Assembly (NCBI RefSeq): GCF_000017845.1
Contig: NC_010546.1
Coordinates: forward strand, 2,310,001-2,342,000
Reading direction: 5' to 3'
Length of the DNA: 32,000 bases
DNA from: Crocosphaera subtropica ATCC 51142
GTDB lineage: Bacteria; Cyanobacteriota; Cyanobacteriia; Cyanobacteriales; Microcystaceae
Shown piece by piece: positions 1 to 6,663 of the stretch (within the stretch, counting starts at the first letter, position 1; each line of letters begins with the position of its first letter). Below the pieces are notes generated by a model. It ran no database searches. It was not told the DNA's origin and worked only from the letters and a program-made list of their open reading frames with translations. Both the position numbers and the translations under genes were made by a program.

Positions 1-1
1 T

Positions 2-382
2 TTAGGAAGACGGCGTTATTTTAACTTTTTTGATGATAACTTATATCGTTTTCGTGGTCATGATCCTCAAACCATTGATCTAAATAAATTAAATATAAAC
101 TATAATGACTCTCAGTTATTAAGGGCTGCTGCTAATGCACCTATACAGGGATCGAGTGCCGATATTATTAAAATTGCTATGGTGAAAATACAAGAAATAT
201 TAAACTATTATCAAGCCAATTTATTACTACAAGTTCATGACGAATTAGTATTTGAAATACCAGAAAAAGAATGGGAAGAATTAAATCATAAAATTAAAGA
301 AACTATGGAAAATGCAGTCAAATTAACTATTCCTTTAGTGGTAGAAATTCATGCCGGTAAAAATTGGATGGAAGCTAAGTAA
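2..382 (+). CDS. polA: DNA polymerase I, C-terminal end (5' part lies upstream of the window)
   Basis: Frame 2 is open from base 2. The translation LGRRRYF...NAPIQGSSADIIKIAM...LLLQVHDELVFE...VEIHAGKNWMEAK* carries family-A polymerase motifs (QVHDE) and the canonical PolA C-terminus. Confidence 0.9.
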   Translation, partial: LGRRRYFNFFDDNLYRFRGHDPQTIDLNKLNINYNDSQLLRAAANAPIQGSSADIIKIAMVKIQEILNYYQANLLLQVHDELVFEIPEKEWEELNHKIKETMENAVKLTIPLVVEIHAGKNWMEAK

Positions 383-528
383 TGTAGAATTTACAATTGT
401 CATTCCGAGGAAACGAGGAATTTCATTGACATCTTAATCATAAGACCTAATGTTATATTTACTAAAATCAATAATTATGAAATAATAGAATCAATAAACA
501 TCCCGAAAGAATAAGACATAAATAAAAA

Positions 529-1659
529 ATGGTTAATACAACAATACAACCGTCTCGCCACCCCCTTGCAGAATATATTCATCGCTTAGAAAATGGACAA
601 GCATTATTAAAAGATTCCCCTCAAAACGTTATAGAAGTGGTGGGTATTCTCAAAAGTTATGGTATTATTTTAGATCAGTATTCTCGTAACTTAATTTATA
701 TTGCTGAACATCAATTTTTAATTTTATTTCCCTTCTTTAAATACTTCAATGGAGAATTTTCTATTGATAAATTACTTCGTCATTGGAACCATAACCGCAC
801 TAATTTTGAATATGCAGAATATTGTATGAAAGCAATGCTTTGGCATGGCGGTGGTGGGTTAGATAATTATTTAGATACTCCTGAATTTAGGGATAATGTA
901 GAGAAGGTTATTCAAGCCAAATTTAAAAATAACTTTTTTATGTTAACCCTACATAAAATATTTCCCGAATTTCTCCCTGAACACATGAGAATGATGTCAT
1001 ATTATAGCGGTTTAGGACAATTTTGGCGAGTGATGGCTGATATATTTTTAGACCTTTCTGATCGCTATGATAACGGTGAAATTAAATCAATTCGTGATGT
1101 CGTTCAACACATATTAGATGGCTTAGTTAAAGATGCCGCAAGACCAATAACTTATCAAGTAAAAATAAAAGGAGAAGTTTATGAAGTGTTACCCAAAACA
1201 GCAGGATTAACCTTTTTAATGGACACAGCCGTCCCTTATGTAGAAGCGATCTTTTTTAGAGGAACTCCCTTTCCTGGTACTATTTCTTATAATGCTCAAT
1301 CCTATCAAATTCCTTCAGAGCAAGCCATTTTTACCTACGGTGCATTATACGCTGATCCCTTGCCTGTTGGGGGTGCTGGTATTCCACCTACTTTATTAAT
1401 GCAAGATATGAGTCATCATTTACCCGACTATCTTCATGATCTTTACCGTCAAACTTTTCGGGAAGAAGATGACTTATTGGTACAAATTTGTCAGACTTTT
1501 CAAAAATCCATGTTTTGTGTAACAACGGCTGCCATTCAAGGGTTAGCCCCCCACCCTTTAGACACAACAAATAGTGAAGAACAAAAAGAAAATCGAGCTT
1601 ATTTAGAAGGGTGGATGGATCGATTTAAAACCTCACAAATTCTCATCGTTAATAACTAA
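529..1659 (+). CDS. chpX: CO2 hydration protein of NDH-1, ChpX/ChpY (CupB/CupA) family; the length fits the shorter ChpX/CupB paralog
   Basis: 376-aa ORF. I recall the block HWNHNRTNFEYAEYCMKAMLWHGGGGLD and the overall sequence as the ChpXY family. The paralog assignment rests on length only. Confidence 0.8.
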   Translation: MVNTTIQPSRHPLAEYIHRLENGQALLKDSPQNVIEVVGILKSYGIILDQYSRNLIYIAEHQFLILFPFFKYFNGEFSIDKLLRHWNHNRTNFEYAEYCMKAMLWHGGGGLDNYLDTPEFRDNVEKVIQAKFKNNFFMLTLHKIFPEFLPEHMRMMSYYSGLGQFWRVMADIFLDLSDRYDNGEIKSIRDVVQHILDGLVKDAARPITYQVKIKGEVYEVLPKTAGLTFLMDTAVPYVEAIFFRGTPFPGTISYNAQSYQIPSEQAIFTYGALYADPLPVGGAGIPPTLLMQDMSHHLPDYLHDLYRQTFREEDDLLVQICQTFQKSMFCVTTAAIQGLAPHPLDTTNSEEQKENRAYLEGWMDRFKTSQILIVNN

Positions 1660-1663
1660 AAAT

Positions 1664-1688
1664 GTAAGGTGAGCAATGCCCACCCTAC
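1664..1688 (+). terminator. GTAAGG...CCCTAC hairpin just 3' of chpX (no U-tract)
   Basis: gtaaggtg(1664-1671) pairs with caccctac(1681-1688) with one mismatch, plus an inner gc/gc pair. It lies 5 nt after the chpX stop. Confidence 0.35.
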
Positions 1689-1832
1689 GGATAAGAATAA
1701 TAAATTTGTGTAATAAAAACTTATGAATTAGTTACAGAAATTCAATAAAACCCTCTATACAAAATAACCAATTTACGGGATAATTAGGCACAGATGAAAG
1801 TCTAAACTAAGTCGAAATCCCTATCTTTCCCC

Positions 1833-2648
1833 ATGAAAAAATTAATTGAAGGACTACAAAAATTCCAGACAGGTTATTTTAGTTCTCATCGCGAACTATT
1901 TGAAGAATTATCTCACGGACAACACCCTCGTATTCTATTTATCACCTGTTCTGACTCTCGCGTTGATCCTAATTTAATCACACAAGCAGAAGTTGGGGAA
2001 ATTTTTGTTATTCGCAATGCAGGAAATATTATTCCCCCTTTTGGGGCAGCTAATGGTGGGGAAGGGGCAGCCATAGAATATGCGATTTCTGCTTTAGATA
2101 TTGAACAAGTTATTGTTTGTGGACATTCCCATTGTGGTGCCATGAAAGGGCTATTAAAATTGAATAGTTTACAAGAAAAAATGCCCTTAGTTTATGATTG
2201 GTTAAAACACGCAGAAGCTACACGCAGACTGGTTAACGACAATTATAAGAATTTAGAAGGAGAAGAACTTTTAGAAGTTACGGTTGCCGAAAATGTCTTA
2301 ACCCAACTGGAAAACTTACAAACTTATCCGGTTATTCGTTCTCGTTTGCATCAAAGAAATTTAACCCTACATGGTTGGATTTATCGCATTGAAAGCGGAG
2401 AAGTTCTAGAATATGATAGAGCGTCCCATGATTTTATTGCCCCTCAAAGTTCTATTGGAAATACTGAACCGGAATATCTTTTCCATCCTACCTGTCATAT
2501 TCCTGTCACTGCGTCCTTGAAAGTTCCGACAGTGAATAAACCAAAAGCAAGCAGTAATGGAAAAAATGGCAATAATGGGTCTGCTTTGCCAGGATATGAA
2601 CAGTTTAGCCCAGAACAGGCACAACGGATTTATCGGGGTTCTCATTAA
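1833..2648 (+). CDS. ccaA: Carboxysomal beta-carbonic anhydrase CcaA/IcfA
   Basis: 271 aa. It carries the beta-CA zinc-site motifs CSDSR and HSHCGA. It is near-collinear with my recollection of Synechococcus IcfA (MRKLIEGL...FITCSDSRIDPN...VVCGHSHCGAMKGLL...), including the C-terminal PEQ.QRIYRG tail. Confidence 0.9.
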   Translation: MKKLIEGLQKFQTGYFSSHRELFEELSHGQHPRILFITCSDSRVDPNLITQAEVGEIFVIRNAGNIIPPFGAANGGEGAAIEYAISALDIEQVIVCGHSHCGAMKGLLKLNSLQEKMPLVYDWLKHAEATRRLVNDNYKNLEGEELLEVTVAENVLTQLENLQTYPVIRSRLHQRNLTLHGWIYRIESGEVLEYDRASHDFIAPQSSIGNTEPEYLFHPTCHIPVTASLKVPTVNKPKASSNGKNGNNGSALPGYEQFSPEQAQRIYRGSH

Positions 2649-2653
2649 TAGTT

Positions 2654-2679
2654 TAGGGGTTAATTATTATTAGCCCCTA
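2654..2679 (+). terminator. TAGGGG...CCCCTA hairpin just 3' of ccaA
   Basis: taggggttaat(2654-2664) pairs with attagccccta(2669-2679), giving an 11-bp stem with one G-U pair and a 4-nt loop. Confidence 0.4.
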
Positions 2680-2697
2680 CAAGGTGTTATTAAGTAA

Positions 2698-3048
2698 GTG
2701 AAGCTTAAAGAACTGGTTGACCACATAGACATTAACTCTCGTAAACTAACAGAATATGCCCTGAATGTAGATAATCCTAAAGGAGTAAATAAAGCCTTGA
2801 TGTTTGAACGTCACTTAGGCTATAACAAAGATAATTATCAACTCTTACTAAATCAAATCTATGCTCAAGTTTTAGATGCAGAAGCCACCTTTCAATTTCA
2901 AGATGAACATGGTGAACGTTATCAAATTGACTTAGAAATCAAAGGAATAGAAGCCTATCAAAAAGAAATCGTGCGAACAGGATGGATAAGAGAACCGAAC
3001 AGCAATATAGCTAGATTAGTTACCCTATACGTGAAGAAAAGATCATGA
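2698..3048 (+). CDS. DUF6883-like protein (uncharacterised)
   Basis: 116-aa ORF with a GTG start. The block KLTEYALNVDNPKGVNKALMFERHLGY matches my recollection of the DUF6883 signature (KL..Y.L......G..KA..F...LG). Its stop overlaps the next start (ATGA at 3045-3048). Confidence 0.65.
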   Translation: MKLKELVDHIDINSRKLTEYALNVDNPKGVNKALMFERHLGYNKDNYQLLLNQIYAQVLDAEATFQFQDEHGERYQIDLEIKGIEAYQKEIVRTGWIREPNSNIARLVTLYVKKRS

Positions 3049-3281
3049 TAAAACCCGAACTTTTTGATCTCGTTGAATTGTTAATCAATTTACCTGAAGC
3101 TAAACAATTTGTTGGCAGTCAAGGAACCATTGTCGAGTGCTTTGATAATGGAAAATATGAGGTAGAATTTAGTAATGAAGAGGGGGAAACCATTGCTTTA
3201 TGTACTCTTTCAGAGAAAGAGTTTATCGTTGTTTGGCAAGCAAAAACCAAAACTTGGCTCTCAGTTTCAGAACGATTATAG
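3045..3281 (+). CDS. DUF4926-like protein, 3' end apparently clipped by IS630 insertion
   Basis: 78-aa ORF. LFDLVELLINLPE...GSQGTIVECFDNGKYEVEF.NEEGETIALCTL matches the recalled DUF4926 pattern. The stop codon TAG (3279-3281) is formed by the first three bases of the IS element. Confidence 0.65.
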   Translation: MIKPELFDLVELLINLPEAKQFVGSQGTIVECFDNGKYEVEFSNEEGETIALCTLSEKEFIVVWQAKTKTWLSVSERL

Positions 3282-4419
3282 CTAGTCTAACTGAATCGTG
3301 AAAAAGCCTCGTAGTTTTTAAAATTAGGAAGATTGAATAGTTTCAACTCAACAAAAAGTTGAAAAAGACGTTTAACAATTTTAAAATTTTTCCCAAATCT
3401 ATAAAATCTTCTCAGTAAAGTTTTGAGTTGTAACCAAATTGCTTCTACGGGATTTTCTTGAGGGGAATAAGGAGCAAAAAGACAACAGGTTACTCGCCAT
3501 TCTTCTGGTGACAAATCTTGATTTTCTCTAGCTAAAAACTTTTGCATTTCTTTTCCTCTATGATAACTGGCTCCATCCCAAATCCATAAGGTTTTAGCTT
3601 CGGGATTTTTTTTCTGTAATTGTTGGACAAAATCTACCGTGTTTTTTCCATTTCCTTTTTGATAAGGAAGCAAAATAAATTCTTGAGTTAATAAATTTAA
3701 TGCCCCATAATATGTCTGTCTTTCTTTAGGATTTAAAAGAGAAATTTTTAAGGGTTCTTTTATTAAGTTCCATAGATATCCGCAAATATCCTCCCAGTGA
3801 AGATGACATTCATCAACTATATACACTATCAGCTTTCCTGAATCTATTTCCTCTCGTCTATTTTCCAGAATTTGCGCTATTTCTTGGTTTTTTTTTGAGT
3901 GACTTCTTCATGATATCTAGGATTAATTTGTTGCCCCTTTTGCCAAGAAATTTTCGCCTCTTTTAAAATCTTATAATAACTTTGAAGAGATTGATAAACC
4001 ACATCATATTTCTCAATTAGATAAACTTCTAGTTCAGAAATATCCCAGGTTTTTTGTTCAATTAGCCACTCAATTATCTCGGTACGTTCTTGATTTGTTA
4101 AGTAACTTTTACTTCCTTTGTATCCTTATTTTAAACCATTTATACCCCCAAAATTAAAAGCATTAACCCATTTACTAATAAATCCTAGTGACACAGATAA
4201 AATTTCTGAGACTCTTTCATAACGATAGCCTTCTAGCACTAACTTTACCGCTAAAGCTCTTTGAGTCTCTCTCCCGTTTGATGAATTTTCAAGAAACTCT
4301 TTAATTAGCTCAATTTTCTCCTTATTGTCTGTTATCATGAGTTTGTTTCTTTTTGAAATTACTCTTTTAATTTTACCTAAACAGAGCTTTTTTTATTCAC
4401 GACTCATTTAGAAACGCTA
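3279..4419 (-). mobile_element. IS630-family insertion sequence (about 1.14 kb) flanked by a TA target duplication
   Basis: The imperfect terminal inverted repeats match at 19 of 24 positions: tagctagtctaactgaatcgtgaa (3279-3302) against the reverse complement of 4396-4419, tagcgtttctaaatgagtcgtgaa. TA lies on both flanks (3277-3278 and 4420-4421). The element contains an HTH plus DDE_3-type transposase. Confidence 0.85.
3287..4338 (-). pseudogene. IS630-family transposase, interrupted by an in-frame TAA (4126-4128) and needing a -1 frameshift in an A9 run (3888-3896)
   Basis: The N-terminal HTH segment (4126..4338) ends ...GINGLK*, and the same frame continues GYKGSKSYLTNQERTEIIEWL...VTQKK. 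After a -1 shift in CAAAAAAAAAC the -1 frame reads KKNQEIAQILENRREEIDSGKLIVYIVDECH...IWDGASYHRG...APYSPQENPVEAIW (DDE domain, 3287..3826). Confidence 0.8.
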
Positions 4420-4421
4420 TA

Positions 4422-4502
4422 AATGCTGTTATTCATAACTTATCTGAAAACAAACAGCAAGAACTCCTAAACTTTGCTCGCTTTCTTCATCAAGTTTCCT
4501 AG
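4422..4502 (+). other. Displaced 3' end (26 codons plus stop) of the DUF4926 gene, separated from it by the IS630 insertion
   Basis: Removing 3279-4421 joins ...gaa cga tta to aat gct gtt... in frame. This gives ...SVSERL-NAVIHNLSENKQQELLNFARFLHQVS*, with the stop at 4500-4502. Confidence 0.4.
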
Positions 4503-4518
4503 AAATCTCTACATAATG

Positions 4519-5847
4519 TTATCCTAAACGGCGTACCAGTCCCGTAAACCCTGCTACTCCTAAAGAAGTTAAAACCCATCCCATAAAAATATGAAACCAG
4601 AAATAACAGCGTAATAGACTGCCTATGTTAGCATTTTTCCAAGTAATTTTATTGCTGTAATTTAAAGGAATTTCAAGATCAGTCGTTATATTAGCATTAG
4701 GAAGCCAATAAGATTCTTGATAAAAATCTATAATTGGAACAAAAGAATCGACAGAGTACATTAAAGCATTAAATTTAGGATAATTAGGATCTATAATTTT
4801 TTGAGTAGAAGACGGGTTAACTAAAGCAATAATACGAGAAGGGGACATTAAGTTTTGCGATTCTCCCCAGAAAAAAATCCCCCATCCTATACCAATAAAG
4901 AATAAAACAAAAACTAAAATCTTTTGTGTTCGATATCCATGATCAATAGTGAAACCAAGAATAAAATTCCAACCCCAACTAAACCCCTTTAACTCACCAT
5001 AACGACGGCGATCATTTTGTTTAGCAATTAATATTTCTGTTGCGGCTTCTTCATGTCCACTCATGCGAAGAACTTTCGCTAACTGTTCGTAGGTTTGAGG
5101 GGAAAAGTTGTCTTCGAGATTTTGAAGACGTATCCATTTTAGTCGTGACTGACTATCAACTGAAGAATCATTATCAATTGAATTATAAACTAATCCTTCA
5201 AGATATAGCTTATTTTTTTCAGGCCAACTATCTTCTTGAGCTAAAAGACAATTGATCTTTGCAAAGCTTAAAAAAAGTGTCATTTCTTGAGAGTTTTTGA
5301 CTTTGAATAAGATAAAAGTTCTTCCAATGGTAGCAGCACTAAAAACAACTTTTCCCTTAGCTTGAAAACCATTGTTTAATAAAACATTACCTTTAATTTC
5401 AGCATTATCAGCTATGAGAGCATTTTGATTTGAAGCAATATAACAAGCTGAAAAATAAAGGAGTTTTACCTTGGCATATAGAAGTCTGATACCTTCTGAA
5501 AAATAACAACTATAAAAAGTAAGAGGAACATCAAGATCAATAAAATCTAAATCAAGACAACCTTCAATTTTTGCACCACTAATACTAATTCCTCGATGAG
5601 TTAAATATGAAATTGCTTCTTTATCTGTACAAAGCCAAATAAGAATATTAATCTTAGGACTTCTACTTTTATCCCAAGTATTTCCTTTTTCTGAATCATT
5701 TTCTGTTTCATCAGTAGAACGATAATCAGCTTCTTTCCCTTCTGCAACACTTGTTAATAGTTTCTTTTCTGTCTCAGATAAGTCAAACCCTTTTTCTTTA
5801 GCGAAATCTTCAGCTAATTTGATTAATTGTTCTGCTTTAGTAGCCAT
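4519..5847 (-). CDS. Uncharacterised protein with an N-terminal beta-helix/pentapeptide-like repeat region and a C-terminal membrane anchor
   Basis: 442-aa ORF. The repeat-like region is ISISGAKIEGCLDLDFIDLDVPLTFYSCYFSEGIRLLYAKVKLLYFSACYI...AEIKGNVLLNNGFQAKGKVVF. A conserved-looking block SPQTYEQLAKVLRMSGHEEAATEILIAKQ follows. Hydrophobic helices are KILVFVLFFIGIGWGIFFW and CYFWFHIFMGWVLTSLGVAGFTGLV. Confidence 0.75.
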   Translation of the reverse strand: MATKAEQLIKLAEDFAKEKGFDLSETEKKLLTSVAEGKEADYRSTDETENDSEKGNTWDKSRSPKINILIWLCTDKEAISYLTHRGISISGAKIEGCLDLDFIDLDVPLTFYSCYFSEGIRLLYAKVKLLYFSACYIASNQNALIADNAEIKGNVLLNNGFQAKGKVVFSAATIGRTFILFKVKNSQEMTLFLSFAKINCLLAQEDSWPEKNKLYLEGLVYNSIDNDSSVDSQSRLKWIRLQNLEDNFSPQTYEQLAKVLRMSGHEEAATEILIAKQNDRRRYGELKGFSWGWNFILGFTIDHGYRTQKILVFVLFFIGIGWGIFFWGESQNLMSPSRIIALVNPSSTQKIIDPNYPKFNALMYSVDSFVPIIDFYQESYWLPNANITTDLEIPLNYSNKITWKNANIGSLLRCYFWFHIFMGWVLTSLGVAGFTGLVRRLG

Positions 5848-5894
5848 TTCTTTGCATTGTTAGACACTGTTTATATTGTAGTTTTAACAAAAAT

Positions 5895-5956
5895 GGTGGG
5901 TTACGACGGATTCTTATATTCCTGTGATAACCTAAATTATAGCCGTCTAACCCACC
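5895..5956. repeat. Long bulged hairpin / palindromic element (14-bp stem, 33-nt loop)
   Basis: ggtgggtta(c)gacgg (5895-5909) pairs with ccgtctaacccacc (5943-5956), with one bulged C. The CCCACCCTAC end resembles the hairpins at 1664 and 15030. Confidence 0.6.
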
Positions 5957-5978
5957 CTACAGTATTAGAGAACACGCT

Positions 5979-6086
5979 TCAAATTAAGAATAAACCCAGG
6001 TAAAACTGTTCTTCTGTGACGTTAAGAGCGATCGCATTGGGGAGTTGAAGGGATAAGATTTCTAAAGAGGTTGAAGGGGACATCAT
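5979..6086 (-). pseudogene. Possible stump (first ~30 codons) of an Uma2/DUF820-family endonuclease gene
   Basis: The minus-strand translation is MMSPSTSLEILSLQLPNAIALNVTEEQFYLGLFLI*. LQLPNAIALNVTEEQF resembles the recalled Uma2 N-terminus LQLPPSMGL.VTDEQF. The ORF ends after 35 aa, whereas full genes are about 190 aa. Confidence 0.3.
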
Positions 6087-6129
6087 CGACGACTTTATAG
6101 AATTTAACTCTATCCTACCTTTTAGTACA

Positions 6130-6157
6130 AACTCCGAACTCCTAACTCTTAACCCCT
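6130..6157 (+). repeat. STRR-like tandem heptamers (AACTCCG AACTCCT AACTCTT AACCCCT)
   Basis: Four contiguous 7-nt units read directly from the sequence. A sister array lies at 31251-31278. Confidence 0.6.
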
Positions 6158-6262
6158 TTAATCTTGGTGAAAAAAGCGCAAATCAGATATTCTAAGTAAC
6201 AATGATCTGAATGTATCGGTGAATTCATCAGCCATGCTGTCACGCCAAAATGAGGAGAAGTT

Positions 6263-6658
6263 ATGAGTAAAATTTATGTCCTACTCTTTAACGCCCGCAC
6301 CGAAAATGAAGGCATTCATACCGTGCAAATGGGCGATCGCAATAAAATCTTGATGTTTGAGTCAGAAGACGATGCTACCCGTTACGCCTTACTACTCGAA
6401 GCGCAAGACTTCCCCACCCCTACCGTCGAACCCTTTGACTCGGACGAAATTGAAGAATTTTGTCGTCAAGCGGACTATGATTGGGAATTGATCGGCGAGG
6501 GAGAGTTAGCCATTCCTCCAGAACAAAACGTCGAAGAAATTACCTGGGGAGAAGAAGAAGAGGAAGCCCAAAAATCGACAGAACCCGAAACACCATCCTC
6601 AGAAATGTCCTCAGAAGAATTAGAACGAATTCGTCGTAAATTAGAAGGCTTACTATAA
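6263..6658 (+). CDS. DUF3110 domain protein (cyanobacteria/plastid lineage)
   Basis: 131 aa. YVLLFNARTENEGIHT...ILMFESEDDATRYALLLEAQDFPTPTVE...EIEEFC...DYDWELI matches the recalled DUF3110 signature. The tail is acidic. Confidence 0.85.
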   Translation: MSKIYVLLFNARTENEGIHTVQMGDRNKILMFESEDDATRYALLLEAQDFPTPTVEPFDSDEIEEFCRQADYDWELIGEGELAIPPEQNVEEITWGEEEEEAQKSTEPETPSSEMSSEELERIRRKLEGLL

Positions 6659-6663
6659 CCCTT

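Noticed and set aside
5893-6003. A 36-aa plus-strand ORF (MVGYDGFLYSCDNLNYSRLTHPTVLENTLQIKNKPR).
   Set aside because: It is read straight through both arms of the 5895-5956 hairpin element and has no SD. It is most likely an artefact of the repeat.
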